From NCBI RefSeq assembly GCF_009914755.1, contig NC_060926.1: 64,000 bases of DNA, one strand, 5' to 3'. Below, in pieces: positions 1 to 19,325 of the stretch (position 1 is its first letter; every line of letters starts with the position of its first letter). The notes beneath the pieces were generated by a model that worked only from the letters and a program-made list of their open reading frames with translations, did not search any database and had not been told where the DNA came from. This stretch comes from the human T2T-CHM13v2.0 reference genome, Homo sapiens. Both the position numbers and the translations under genes were made by a program.

Positions 1-1640
<1,640 letters not shown>

Positions 1641-2699
1641 ACTTCTGACCTGTTTTCTCCTTGCCTTCTGTGAAGTATCTGTCACACCCTTTATGAGATG
1701 GGAGTGGAACAGAGGTGAGCTCATGGAAAGGTACCTACTCTTGTGACTCCTCTACCGGCTGTCTCAAGTTACCAGACAAATGGATGATTCAACATGCTGG
1801 TGGGAAAAGAAAAATACCAATTTTTCCATTCAAGGTTAGTTACTTCAAGAAAAAGAAATGACATAAAATGTGGAGATTGTCCATGAGAAAAGTGAAAAAA
1901 TTAAAATAATAGACCATTAAAAGAATCCTAACCCGCAGGGGGAAAAAAAACTAATAAAAAGATCAGATCAGTTTCTTCCAAAAAAAAAAGGCTAAATGAG
2001 ACTGGTAATATAAAGAACAATGCTATACAAGGAAAGGCAATTTTCAAAAAGTAAGAAGGTATCACAGAAGCACATGTGTTAAATGTATCAACTAAAATTT
2101 AGACATGTCAAAAAAAAACTCAAGAAGTATACTTGAGTATCTTGAGGGACTCAAAAATGAATACTAGAAGACTCTAAAATCACTAAATGGTAGAGTCCAG
2201 TTGAAATATAATAAGCCCAAATTTAATGTCTTGCTTTAGGAGGATCAGGGGATTCCCAAGCCACATTTTGCTTCTGCAAAAACAAATTAGAGGAATTAGA
2301 TCAAATTGTGATCATGCTTAGGTCATCTACAACGAATTAGCTAACCATTTATAGAACGACTCCTTAGAAACAGATATTTTTCCAATATTTCGCCACTTTT
2401 ATTAATATTAAAGTTCTTACCAAAGGCCGTAGCTACTCCTTATGGTGCCTTTGTAAGAAATAGAAAAAGATGTTCCCTTGGGAATTTCAGCTTCCACTCT
2501 CCCTTGTGAAGGGGCAACCTTATTCCACTCACATACCCACTCAGCAAATAAAACTACCACCTTCCCCACATAGAAAACTGAGACCAAGAGTGGCAAACTC
2601 CTTCAGCTTCTGTCTTCCCCTTTGATTTACCTCTATCTTTGCGTGTTTTCTGCTGTGTGATTCTTTCCACACATACCCCATCCTCCTCTCCTTTTCTAT

Positions 2700-3090
2700 C
2701 CTCCAGGTTCCAGCCATACCCCATTTACACGCTCACCCCTTTAGTCCTGCACTTTCTATGTTTTGTCTTCCTCAGCCTTCAAGGAGACATAAGTCTCCTT
2801 ACTTTAAAAACACAAAAGTTTTCCCTCCACAAACTTGTTGAAAAAGCACTGCTCCTCTTTATCCTCCCTTGCTCACCTGTCATTTACTCCTCCACGCTCT
2901 GCACTATTGTATTACATCTCACCCCTCGATTCAAAGACACAAAAAGGTCACTTTGACTCACTAAATCACAATAATTTCTGTTTCTATCCTTGACATCTCT
3001 GCATCATTTGACTCTATTGACCTTCTTTCTTTAAACTTCCCCTGGCTTTTTGGAGAGTTCTACCTCTCTGACTTCTCTTTCTCAGCTTAT
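2700..3090 (+). mobile_element. L2 LINE RT-region fragment
   Basis: CTTGACATCTCTGCATCATTTGACTCTATTGAC = LDISASFDSID, resembling L2 LDLSAAFDTVDH; pyrimidine-rich context. Confidence 0.6.
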
Positions 3091-3949
3091 TATTCTGTCT
3101 TTTATTGATTTTTTAAAAGGGCAGGGGAGCGGCGCAGTCTCATCTCTTTCTAAGGTTTAATGATGGCATCTACTGTGGAATAAAAGATCATTGAAAACTT
3201 GTACACACTTAATGTTGGTAGAAAATATATTTTATTTTATCGGGGGAAATCCTGTCTAAATAACATTTTAGACTTCTTAGAGAACAAAAAAAACTAAATG
3301 TCTTGCTAAGCATAGCAATAGATATAATGTTTTTGGAAGTGTTTGATAGGATTCTGTACTAAAAACAATTTAATAAAACAGAAATCACCACGAAAAATAC
3401 TTAATGGATAAAAACTGCCCTAAAAACACTAACCATAAGATCATAGGCTAAATGGTGCTTGCATGTGTAGTCAGTGAACTGAACAAGCACTAACATGTGC
3501 AATGTAATCAGAAAAACAACTTTCTTTTTTCTCTTCCCTCACTAGCTTAAATTTATTCAGTGGGTCTTGCTTTCCCCTTCCTCTCTGTAGAAACTTGACT
3601 TTTCTTCTTACCCTTATATACTAAGAGTTCACTTTGTTGGTTCACTTTAAGATTCTCCCTTGACTTGAGATAAAAGTGGAGGTGATACTCCCTTCACAGT
3701 GAGTTCGAGATTCTGTGAAGTGGGTGTCCCCTTTTAAAAAATATATCACTTCTACAAATGCCTAGTAAAAACACCCTTTCATGCCATTGATGTGAGTAAG
3801 GACTCTAAGAGTACTGTAACTTTTACTAGTATCACTCTAAAATTCATAAATTCACAATTTTCTTGGGTACCCGTTACGTTTCACATTAGGACATCAGCCA
3901 AAACTTCCACTTGAACATTCCATTACGCTTGAATGAAGAGGTTTAAACA

Positions 3950-4250
3950 GCGAGGCATATCAGAGATTGGCTCTAAAGCATCCTTATGAAACAGGTTGGT
4001 AAATGATTCACAGGTGAACATATGCGTGAAATCTCCAAAGTGGCATATGACACGAAACTTCCAGTTAGTAAAATGCCAAGTCAATAGAATAAACTGCAGG
4101 AAGATTTCACCAGGCTGGGTGAGTGGGCAGAAGAGTGGCAGATGAGTGTTCAAGGACAAGAGAGCAGATGCTTTCAGGACAAATAATCCAAACGTAATTC
4201 TCAGGGAAGTGGTCTCCTGGGTATCAGTCATGATCCTCTGGAAAGATGGG
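3950..4250 (+). mobile_element. Ancient CR1/L3-clade LINE RT fragment
   Basis: From 4094 the frame reads LQEDFTRLGEWAEEWQMS; upstream ISK..DTKL. Matches the CR1 RT pattern SKFADDTKL...LQxDLxRLxxWAxxWQMxF. Confidence 0.75.
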
Positions 4251-5165
4251 CTTCAGAAAGGTACAAACTTGCATACAAAACAAGGCTCCTATTTACAGTT
4301 CATATGTTACTGGAATTTTTTAAATTAATGCATGTTTGAACTAAAGTTCTTTATCTTCATTAAAGTCATTCTGTTTTTCAGTGAAGGACAGGGTACATGA
4401 ATTTCAAAACCAAATTTCAGGACCATGTTTTATAGCAGGAATTTACCTTCAGCCAACATTTTCATGTCTATTTGTAAATAAAGTAAGTTTTTCAAACATA
4501 AATTTATTATTCTTCGTACAGAACTACTTAGAAGGTCTTTAGTATGAATATGCAAATATATTTTCCTTTTTGTTTCTATTAAGATGTGTGTATATCTTTA
4601 TCTACGTATTTTCTCTCAATCGGGTGTGTGTGTGTACAGTTGATAATACAAATATGGAATTATTTGAGGTGTAATTAAAAGTCCTCAAAGGACTTTCTCA
4701 AGATTTTTTTTCCCATTGAAGAGGGGAGGCATTGGATAGCTGGTGCAATTTCTGCTAATAAAAATAAATGTCCTTCAGACAGGAATTAGATAAGCAGCTT
4801 GTTTCTGCAAAACTTGAACTGCAGCCAGTCTTGTACAAACTCATTTCATAAATATTTCCCTCTTCAAAAAAAAAAATTGAGAAGATGGATGTATTCAAAA
4901 TTTTCCAGGAAGGTACTAAGAATTCTGCTCATGATTATCTCAGGAGGAAGCTTCCATCTGTTCTCTCTAATAGTTTAACTTGCTCTACTTTGTTCCATAT
5001 TTCTCAACGAGGACTTTGGAGTTTCTGCATAAGATCAACTATTTTTCTCATTTCCCTCTTTTATTAAAATACCACACTTATATGAAGGATGAGCCCTCTG
5101 CTATATTGCTTACAGTGCTATTTTAGGATAGAGAAAATATTTTGTCACAAAGAAAGACTTCCTGA

Positions 5166-5583
<418 letters not shown>

Positions 5584-6010
5584 TGATAAACCTTCTTCAA
5601 TCCCTACATTAGTTTGTATAATGATCAGACCCAAAGCCTAACCATTACCCAAGTGATTTGAATATGAAGCATGACTATAAACCAATGTGAGTAATTTTCA
5701 AAGTGAACAGGATTTGAAGATAGTTCAAAGAAAGGAACTCCAAAAGCCTTTTGAACCATGGCAGTAGCATTGAAACAAGCACATAACTTTTTCTGCTGAA
5801 TCCTTTGAATATATATGCTGTAGTATTCACTTACACAACCATGCACACTTTTTATCATCTCCTTCATTCTTGGTATTAATATGCTATACTGTGTCTTCTC
5901 TGAAATAAAACTTTCTCACTTTAATATTCATAATTCTCATGACAAAAGTAAGTACATTTTAACTTTCAGCAGCAACTTTTTCTTCATTACGTTCTCACAT
6001 TTAAATATGA

Positions 6011-6424
<414 letters not shown>

Positions 6425-7235
6425 TGGTATTATATTTAAAAAAGAAAAAACTCCTGGGCCCATTAATTCATGGCTTTAAGTTACTTGTTTGGAAACTTAG
6501 AGGCTTTTCTGCTGCCTCAGTGTTCCAATTTTTTAAAAATGCAAACGAAGTCCATATGAAGGCATTCTTAACTCCCATGTGAAAGGTGGTGCTTTATAAT
6601 AATCCCCTTCTGATGGGCTCCTGTAATTTTCCGCCACAAATTACTATTCAAGTTACTTTCAAGCAGACACATCTTTCATATGCTCTAAATACAGGATAGA
6701 CCTTGGTGTGAGAGTGGAAGACAGTCCAAATCATGCTGTAATCTACCATTTTCTGCTTCAAACATGTTTATATGGGAACATCAGTTTAAAAGAAATCAAC
6801 CTTAAAGGAGAGAATGAGGAAGTCCCAAAAGAACCACACCCAGTATGGGCCAAGGGTGTGCATAGAAGACAAGAGAGTCCTACCTGCCTGTCTTGATGAC
6901 CAAGGGTAGTAGGTTGAGCTTACTGCATATATTAATATATCTGTAGGAATTTTCCCCCTAACACATATTGAGGACAGTGAGTCTTATAACCCCACGAGCC
7001 AGGTAGGATTATTATCCTCATATTTTACAGATGAGAAAAGTGTATTTCAGGTCTCCTTTAGCACCAGTTGGGGAACTGGCCAACTGCCTGAGTGAGTCAC
7101 AGTCCAGATGCTCAGTCCTGCAGCCACAGAGCCCAAGACAATGATCCAATGTTTTTTGGCACCCCTAGCTTTAACTGTGCCCAGAAAGCATCCTGAATAT
7201 ATGATAATATATGCTTTTCAAAAACTACATATTGG

Positions 7236-7670
<435 letters not shown>

Positions 7671-7797
7671 CTAAGAAAGCATTGGCACGGATGTTGGAAG
7701 TGGGCAACTCGCCCACCCAGCAGGACTATGCCCCTTCACAAATTAGCCAAACACCAAAATTCGTTGTCACATCTCTTAAAATTAAAGCTAGAATTGA

Positions 7798-8430
<633 letters not shown>

Positions 8431-8529
8431 CCAATCAGGCTATGGCAAGAAGTATGGTTACAAGGTAGATTATATTGCATTAACCTTCTAGACTTCTTTA
8501 AAAATGTTAACTTGGTTATTTAAAAATGG

Positions 8530-8841
<312 letters not shown>

Positions 8842-10286
8842 TCAAGTAATACAAACATTAAACATTAAGATGAGATTAAGGTATTTTAAAATGATCGAAC
8901 TTTTGATACTGATATATATTTTCACTAATGCTTAATTACTTTAAATCAACTTATTCTATCTCTGTTCTTATCCTCTGACTGAAACAGAAATTTCTGTATT
9001 CATCCTGGATCCACATTCTGGAGGCGTCAGGACCCTCCTAAAGATGCTGTATATTTTGTTAACTCAAACCAGTTAGGCATCTGGTCATTGCTTTAGTTGC
9101 AGGTAAAAGCAAGAATGGCACAGTTGCCATAACAAATTTACTTAGATGCTGTTTCTCAACTTCTTACCTATTTCATTCTCTCTCGAGCGTGAACCTTAGA
9201 AACATTGCTTTTTGAATACAATCTCTATCAGCTCAACCATAATGAAACTTAAAATTTGGGTGTTATAATGTGAGAGAGAATGGTTCAGGATTATAAAAAT
9301 AGAATAATCAGTCTTTCAGATTCAGAATATTTCTTAGTTAAAATGTCAACTAATATAGACCCAATATAACTTTTCTTACATTGTATTTACTATGTAATCA
9401 TAAATCTATGGATTTCAAAATAAAACCATAGCAAAACATATTTTGTTGCATTGCTGGGAAGCACTAAGCACAGATAATCTATCAGAACAATAGTATAGAA
9501 ATTACTTTTTTTCAAGGTTTTGATATCAAATTTGCCCCTAATCAAATGACATAAAGTTGGATGGCTTAACCAGTGAGATAGTCACACATAGTTCTAAAAT
9601 GTACTCATTCATTTACATAGTTCTTCTACATGCCGGCTACTGACTAGATGCTGGGAAGACCACTGTGAAATGCCATGGTTCCTGCTAACAAGTGCCTGTC
9701 AGTCCCCTCTGGCTCTAAGGAGGTCTCTCTCTAAGAAAGCAGGATGGGGTGAAGGTGAGAGTGTAGAAAGTGAGTAAAAGAGGGCAGGACAAGAACGCTA
9801 GCTAGCGAGTCCAGAGTTTAGCAAATATATGGATTAGTAGAAATCGCAGGTCCACCTTAGAGGTGAGAAGATTTCGACTATGAGATGCCAGTGGGGCTGC
9901 CACAGGCAGGTTTTTAGTGAGAGCATTACACAGACACCTACTGGAGCAGCCAAGGTACCGAAGCCCAGACCCAACTTCGCTCGTCAAACCTCATGCCCTG
10001 GAGCAGGAGGGAGGCTTAATCTGCCTCTACAAATGACCACCTTCTTCCAATTAGCAAAAAAACACTGCATAGGATATCTGTGTCCCTGGATCCAAAAGCA
10101 CATTATTTTTGACAATTCTTAAATATGTTTACAGAAAAAATTGTCCCTATTACATTTTGAGGCATGAATTTTTAGGCAACATGGACATGAGACTGTCTTT
10201 TATTTAGACATTTTTGAAAGTCAATGGAAAATGTATTTTCTCAAGGCCTAGAACCAAGATTTCTGAGACATCTATATTTTGCATAA

Positions 10287-10618
<332 letters not shown>

Positions 10619-11779
10619 GACTATTATCATATTATGCAAGAAAAACATCAAGTTTCAGTGTGATCCATAATCATTTATTATTTGAACAAGATTATTCTCA
10701 TGTACTTGTTTCAAGTCTTAAAATTTATGGCTCTACATAAAATAGAAGAAAGCTGCCTAATCTTTTCTAATACAGAGTGCTGATGTGGAGTTTAAAGTCC
10801 ACTTCATCTTTACCCAGGTTAAATTTCCTGTAAAACACCTGGAAGAATCCCTCATGCTAAAAGAAAGCAACTTATTCCTGCAGATCATATGGGGCAGAGA
10901 AAAAAAATGAAATAAAGCAGTTTATGTACTCATGTTCATAAAAACTGTACTGTGAACCTAAAACACAAAACAAACCATTGTACGGGTGTGTCTTTCATTG
11001 AACCTAGAGTCTGACAGCTTTCCAGCAAGGCAATCTAAGATACAGTATTTTTGTGATTCCTTAACTGTCAAAATTTGAGTATTCATTGTGCAAAGCATTG
11101 TGGAATTAAGCAGATAAAAGAAAAGATACAGTTTCTGCCTTCATAAGGATAAGGTTACTTTGGTATTGAAATCTTTCTTTTCAGAAAGCTTACAGCAGAG
11201 ACAAAATGGGTAGAATATGAGCAAATTTGTGTAGCTGCTTTCTCTGTTTTCGTCTGTTTTTGGCACCCAGTAGCCTCTCCTGGTCTCTCAGAGTCCCTCA
11301 TGACTCACTTCCAAAAGTCCTCCTCCTTTCACTTCCTTCTTTTATTATGCTTATATCAAAATTACTTGCTTAAATCTATTTTCTTAAAGACCTGTTGCCA
11401 AAGTGATAGCTAGCTATTCTGGTAAACTAATCCATGCTAAGGTACATTCTACTTTTATCCCTTCAAGTAACATATTACACTTTAACTGTCTTTTTAGAGA
11501 CAATGTCTTAATGCATAGAAGTCTAATGGTGGGGATTTCTGCATACATGATGGGCCTTTCAGTGTTCCCCAAATACATCATCTGAAGGGCTGCCAACATT
11601 ATCTCCCTGTCCTGAGGGTGGGGAAGAAAATAAATGGGCTAAATCTTCATTGCTTGGAGGAGTTCCTAATATCATGCTTGCCAAAACCCAGGAGAGGTAG
11701 GTAGGTCCGTCCACACCTTTGCAGGGTCCTTTGCTTCAACAAGCCCAGCCCGGTTTTCCACAACTCCTAACAGGGAAAA

Positions 11780-12005
11780 AAACGTTTCTCAAAAAAGATG
11801 TGCAAGTGACATATGGAGCAGGACAATTCTTTGTTTCTCATAATGGTATTATACATGGCAGGACATTTTGGCATCCCTGGTTGCAACCCACTAAATTCCA
11901 ATAGCATCTCCCTTCCCTCATTGCTGTCTGTCTGGTCACTGTGACAACCAACATGACTCCCGCACATTTCCAAATATGTGGAACAACCCTGGTGAGAACT
12001 ATTGG
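11780..12005 (-). mobile_element. MER20 hAT-Charlie MITE
   Basis: GACAATTCTTTGTT, GCATCCCTGG..ACCCACTA, GTGACAACCAA..CATTTCCAAAT, GGTGAGAAC collinear with reverse-complement MER20 as recalled. Confidence 0.7.
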
Positions 12006-12468
12006 ACATTCCTTTTAGAGCCAGTTAGAACCTTTTCTCTGCAGGAAGCACCATATGTTCCATCAGCCTCACTTGAAAGAGGTTGAGTGGCCTTGGATCT
12101 CCACTGACCAGGTTCAGGAATACAGTGCATGTGTGGAAAAAGGCAGACATAAACTCTCCCCTTTAACATCCATAAACCAATTCTAGCCTACAATCTTACC
12201 ATGATTCAGAAGTGCAGACTAAAAGAATGGGGCTTTTTTTCTGAAAGTAAAGGCTTTCTTCAGATGGCAGCTGACTGAAAACGTTTGGTGGTTTGACATT
12301 GATCTTCCTAATATTGTGACAGCATCCCTTAAAGAAGCTATTCCCTTTGAGGATAGCACGACTTCAGATTTTCATCTAACTAAAGTTAGAGTCACATTAT
12401 ATCGCATGATCAAAGATCATTTTAAAAGAATCACACATAAGGAAAAATTGGAATGGTACCACTACCAG

Positions 12469-12808
12469 CTATTTATTGAGTGCCTATTATGAGCGAGGCA
12501 CTGCCTAGGAGGTAGGGTTAGAGATTTCCATAAGATAACCTTCTGCCCTCTAGTGAGAGAGACGGCCATGTAAACATTCCATCCAAACATTCATTATTAA
12601 GTAGCCTATAATAGAGAAAGTAACAAGGCAGCCACCAGTAGAACTTGAGGAGGAAGGAACAATTACCTGAATTTGGAGATCATGTGAATCCAATGGTGAT
12701 AGGAACGTGATAGAATTTATATGTTGCCTTCTCTGGATTCCCAGATGCAGACAAATTATACAAGGTGAGCAAAACAATCCCTTCTAGATGTCAAACAATC
12801 CTGTCTCC
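12469..12808. repeat. Local direct duplication, copy 1 (starts with an L2 3'-end-like segment; carries a CTCF-like motif at 12543-12555)
   Basis: Collinear with 14203-14545 over ~340 nt. Confidence 0.9.
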
Positions 12809-13083
12809 TCTCATGCCATGGTAACACACTAAAATATTTATTTTTTAAAAAAATTTTTCTTGCTTGACACAAATTTTAGTGAGTCCATTTGCATTAATCT
12901 CATTAATTTTTCATGAACCTGAGATTAAACGTGTTTAAGATACTGGTGAGAAGAAAAACTACATGTCATTATAACAGAATGTATTGCTAGTTTATAATGA
13001 GTAAATCACAGTTTCAGGGGCCATAAAGAGTTTCATCCAGGGAGTAAAGTCCTTTTGTTTTCCTTTAGATAAGATATTTGTGG

Positions 13084-13437
<354 letters not shown>

Positions 13438-14009
13438 TCAAAGAACATGATTAACAGGAAAATAATATGGAGAAAACTTTTAAAGCAATGTATTTAAAAA
13501 GTAAAATGTACAGTATCTGTGGAAGCTTTGAGTAAATAAAGGTAAGGTCATGGCTTTTGAGAGTATCAGTATGTTTTAGCAATATCAAAGGTTTATTCCC
13601 AAAGTAAGAATTAAGATCAGCTTTCATTTTAAATATTGAATATTTGGTACATAATGATGCTGACTAGGTATGCTGTAGGTGGTTAAATTTTTAGTTATGT
13701 TGGTAAGAAAGTCAATTATATTTCTTCCCAATGACCTATGAGTTGGTCAGATGTCAATTCAGGAAAATAAACTTACTCTACTGGGAGTTCCAGGAATGCA
13801 GGAGCCATATAGAAATGGCTCTCTCTAGCCCCCATTTCTGAGCACAATGTGTAGCATGTAGGAGGTCCTTGAAAGGGTAGGTAAGTTGGAAAGTATTCAC
13901 TCCTTTCTGCTAATGCAACAGCCACAGTCCTTAGTGATTCTCTCCATGAACCATGTTTGACATAACACACTGTGGTCATTAACAATAACAACTCTCATCA
14001 TTATGCATT

Positions 14010-14190
14010 TATTGTATGTAAGGCACATTATGGCCATTATTTCATTTACGTATTAAACCAACTTCATAAATATTATTATTTGTAGCTTCACAAGTATTAG
14101 TATCAACATTTTCAGATGAAGAAACTGAGCCTTAGAGGGGTGAGCAATTTGCTCCAGATGAGGCGGTACTGAAATGAAAATCCAGGTCTC
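14010..14190 (-). mobile_element. MIR
   Basis: Core CATTTTCAGATGAAGAAACTGAGCCTTAGAG. Confidence 0.7.
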
Positions 14191-14202
14191 TAAGAACTGG
14201 GT

Positions 14203-14545
14203 CTATTTGTTGAATGCCTATTGTGAGTGAGACACTGTGCTAGGAGGTAGGGTTAGAGACTTCCATAAGATAAGCTTCTGCCCTCTAGTGAGGGAGAGGG
14301 CTGTGTATACACTATTCCAATCACTATTAAATGGTAAATGGGCTATAATAGAGGAAGTACCAAGGCAGCAACTGGTAGAACTTAAGGAAGCAGGAACAGT
14401 TATCTGAATTTGGAGATCTTGTTAATCCTATGATGATAGGAGAATGATAGAATTTATATATTGGTGTTTTTGGATTCCCAGAGGCAGGCAAGTTATACAA
14501 GGTGAGCAAAACCATCCCATCTGGATGTCAAACAATTGTGTCCCC
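14203..14545. repeat. Local direct duplication, copy 2 (CTCF-like motif at 14278-14290)
   Basis: Collinear with 12469-12808. Confidence 0.9.
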
Positions 14546-15407
14546 AGGTCCTAGTTATTTTTGGGCAACTCCACACTGCTCATGACTGTTCAGGGGGCCA
14601 GCAAGGGTATATTGAGCAGTGTTGCTGAGCCTACACATTTTTTACCTTGACTGTCCCAAATACAATTCCTGTATGATAAGTGTACTTTACACAGCACTCC
14701 CACTGACTGGGAAAGCTTCTCCCTGTTATTTCTGAGAGTGACAGAAGGGGCGTCTCACATGTAGAGGCCAATCAAGTCTCTCCTCTCTTACTTGGATTCC
14801 CTCTTGCCAATGTCTAATGCAATTAAAATGGAAGCTCCCTCAAAGAACCTACTGCCACCACTGTTAAAAATAAGTCTGGCAAGCAGTTCATCCATTCATG
14901 CCAAGAATGTCCACCCCTAATTCTGCCTAAGTTGCCTTCACCTCGCTGAGTTTCTGGAGATGGGTAGAAAGCCCCCCTCTGCAGCCACCTTGGCTCCACT
15001 CCAAGACCCCATTGCTACCACTTAGTGTTCTCACAAGATTTTCCTTTCCTCTTTGTCATCTATAAGCAAAAACTTGTCCCAACAGTAATAAGAAACAACA
15101 GTTCTCTGTGTGTTCTACCTCCTGTTTATATACATCTAAGAAAAAATGTTTTCTTTGTTTACTATTAAAATACAAGCAAGCACTCACACACACACACTCA
15201 CACACACACAGGGAACTTGGAGATAGATGGTCTGGCCCAAAACTACACAGATATTCATTTCCATTGCTAAACCACAAAAATACCCCATTTATATTAATGG
15301 TACTTGCCTTATATTTGTGTAAATAACAGAAACTATTCTGGTAGGTTTTTTGTTTTTTTGGTTTTTTTTTCCTAAAATGAAGTAACAATTTACATTAAAG
15401 ATGAATA

Positions 15408-15740
15408 AACTAGGCATAGGGGCTCATGCTTGTAATCCCAACACTTTGGGAGGCCGAGGCGAGCAAATCACTTGAGGTCAGGAGTTTGAGACCAGCCTGG
15501 CCAACATGGTGAAATCCCATCTCTACTAAAAAAAAAAAAATAAAAATTAGCTGAGCACTGTGGCAGGCGCCTGTGACCCTAGCTACTCAGGAGGCTGAGG
15601 CGCGAGAATCACTTGAACCCCGGAGGCAGAGGTTGCAGTGAGCCAAGATGGTGCCAGTGCACTCCAGGCTGGGGGACAGAGTGAGACTCTGTCTCAAACA
15701 AACAAACAAACAAACAATAAATAAATAAAGATAAATAAAT
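15408..15740 (+). mobile_element. Alu (Sx/Sz-like)
   Basis: Full dimer with CAAA/TAAA tail. Confidence 0.95.
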
Positions 15741-16819
15741 ATTCACTTGAAGAGACCAAAAACAGAAAAAAAATTCACAAGTTTTAAAGTTCAACCTCAG
15801 GCAAGATACCCTATTACATATAGGTGAAGAAATCTAGTCAGAATATTAAGCTTGTTTGGTAATTAAAATCACATAGGTCATAGCAGAGCCAGGGTTAGAA
15901 ATCTAGATTTTCTGATTCCCAGTGTAAAGCTCTTTCTTCGGGGGAAAGACGGGGAAGGAGGTCGAGAGAGGTGTACTGTAGTTGGATACTTTTTCCTCTG
16001 TAGGAGAAAGAAGAATGGATTTCTCTGTCCTGCCTTTGGTTAGTTTTTGGTCATTTTCTAGGTATGTGTCATTTCTGGCTCTTGCATTTTCAACACAGTC
16101 GACTCTTGTACACTGAGCTCAGTGTCTCCGTGGTTTTCTGGAATGCTTAACGTGAGCCTCTTTTAAAAGGAGAGTTACACAGGCTGCCTAAACATTGCAC
16201 AGACCTCCTGATTCTAAAAATATGCTGTCTGTTTGGTTAAAATGGTTAAATTATTATTAAGTCTCATTTCATTGTAGCTTGAATTGTACCTGAATTCTTT
16301 TCATTGTTTTCCTTTTCAACTTCCTATGTTCTGGTCCATCTTTCCACCGTCAGTTTTTTATCTTTTAACAAATTATTATATGCTCCTTATAGTCTAGAAT
16401 TATTTATTTAGGCTTCCACATAAATCAGTTTCTCCAGATTTTCATTAATGTTCAAACTTTTTCCCTTAGTGTAGTTGCCTAGATATACTGCCTGAGGGCC
16501 TGGATCATGATTTCACCAGTATTAAGTGCAATATTAATATTCAGCTCATCTCCCTCTCCCTGATCCAGGAAGGCACTTCTTTTCCTCATCTTCATCAGGA
16601 AGCAGAGAGTTATGCATCTGCCAGCTTCAGTAATGCTGTTGGCTGCTCTGGGTATGGTGTGGCCAAAAAAAATGTTGGGGGTAGGTTTGTAGCAGCTGTT
16701 TTACCACATTCCTGTAAAAATACCGGCAAGCGTAGACTGCTCCTCTCAAGGCACGAATGGCCTTCTCCTGCTCTGTTAAATATGGGGAGGAAGTCTGTCC
16801 ACGTACAGCTGTGGCTGAT

Positions 16820-17005
16820 CCCTGTTAGAATGCAGGGTCGCAGACTTTAGTATATGCAAGCACTACCTGGAGGTGCAGAGTCTTGGACTGCACCCCTAGG
16901 CTCTAGGATTCTGTCTATCTAGGGTAGATCCCAGGGACCCTTTGGCAGCATGCCGGGTGATTCTGATGCAGGTCATCTGCAGAACATTCTTTAAGAAATA
17001 CTGAT
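16820..17005. mobile_element. MER5-type hAT MITE fragment
   Basis: GGTGATTCTGATGCAGG...TTTAAGAAATACTG is a typical MER5 terminus. Confidence 0.55.
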
Positions 17006-18827
17006 TAAGTCTTTGGAATTAGGCTCATTATTCTTTAAACAATATTTTTTAAAGAGAAATAAAAAAAAAACTGTGGCTGGATGGCCAGTTTTGAGGAATG
17101 TTATAGAGGAAATTAATAAACAGATTGAGGAAATGGACTGGATTTCTAAAGTCCATTCCTTTCCACCTCTGCAACTCTATGATTCAGCACTTTTTAAAGA
17201 TTAAATATAGTATATCTGAATCCATGGAATTTAGGAGAGATTTCTTGGCATCTTTCTATCTCTACTGAAGATCCTCCAAGATGAAAGATTATGCTAAAAT
17301 GTAGAAAATGTGAGTATAGCAGCTTTGGTACCTTCCTGGAGCTATTCTTTGCTCACTAAACCTACACTCTAGTGTATGGTCCCTCCTCATTGTCACCTTC
17401 TGGGAGTAGTTTGCTTGGTTTTACAAGATTAGGACTGAAGTGGGTAGTTTCTGAAAATAGGAGAAGAGAAGGAATGTGCCCTGAGGATTGAGGTGAGCCT
17501 TAAAAATGGAAGGGGAAGATTTGGAACATCAGAACAGGGCAGGGCTCACTATGGGTGGAGATGGCAGATTTTATGTGAACAAGACATTTCTGTATGAAAC
17601 TATTGTGCAGAGGTTAAGGGACAGGAGCAGTGACGAAGCCTCAAATTCTGTAAAGAAAAAAACTTAAGATGCCTGGAAGATGCTTCCTTAAATTCACAAT
17701 ATCATATATAAAGGATTTCCATAAAAATTTCCAGAAAGCTGTTTTTAATGTGGACAGGAAAAATTGCCATAGAAAGTTGGAGGGGGGAATGCAAATGAAC
17801 TAGGGAATATAAAAATAGGTCCTTGGCACCACGACTGTCTTATTCTGTTTATCTTATTCAAGAGGCAACACACACAATAGAATTCTAGAGAAAAAGACCT
17901 GATTATGTGGCAGCTTCAACTAAGGGAAGGATAGAAATTCTGAATAAACCTAAAGGACAACAGCCCCCTAACAAAGCAGATGCCACTTCGTTCTCCTACT
18001 TCAGAGGGATGGCCACAGACCCCCACCCCCCGCCCCTCAGAGGCAGCTTCCATTTGACTGTCAAGTAGCAAATAAATGTTTAAACACACATGGAAATTTC
18101 TCCGAGAACTTCCCTGTGAGTTATCTTTCACATGCAAATAGAAGTTGTGAATTTCTGAACAGGGATATTCTAAAGGAGGATGAGAAGCCCGGCTAGGGAG
18201 AGGACCCTTTAAGAAAAATCAAAGCCAAGTAGAAAGGGAGAGTCAAAGTAGACAAAAAAATTCAAGAGAAACCCTCAATCCAGATGGTCTACCGAAGCGG
18301 AGAATGCAGAAGGGGTGGAACCTAGCACAGTGCCTGGTACTTAGGAACATTCTATAAATATTTGTGGAAGAAAGACTGGGATTCCTAGTAAAAGCTTCCT
18401 AAATTGTTGAAAGGTGATTAAAAAGCTAGCCCTGTTACAACTAAAAGACAAATGGGACCAAACTGAGGATCCAAACAGAAAAGGATCTTTTATCAGAGAT
18501 CAATGCAGAAACATGATTCAGGACAGGAAAGTAAAGCAGGCAGCTTAGGCCACTGGTAAATGATCCAGAGGAATGTAAGACAGACTAGAAGTGTGGTACA
18601 AAGATATGCCTGGCAGGAACTTCCCTGCTGAGAGCCCAGGAGAAAGAATGCCTTGAGGCTGTACTTGCATTTTATTTCTTCTGTTCATAGTCCTGCCACT
18701 CGCTTTTCCCTTTCTCAAACCCCTCTTTCTATGTAAAATTTAGTTCTGCTTCAGATTGATTTGTGTATGTTGAAATGCAGTGGTCAGGGTAGTAGAAAGG
18801 AAGTGAGTTAAAGAAGTAGGAAAAGGA

Positions 18828-19196
<369 letters not shown>

Positions 19197-19325
19197 CTAA
19201 ATGTTGGCTTAAGACAGACTCAAAATTTGTCATCAGATTTAGCTGGTGTAACATGCTCTAGTTTTTCATGGGTGCAGGGGCAGATCTTTCACTATATATA
19301 TATTCAGGTAAACTTTATTGGTTAG

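Noticed and set aside
1800-2200. A-rich stretch resembling an old L1 ORF1/HAL1
   Set aside because: Similarity too weak to call by eye.
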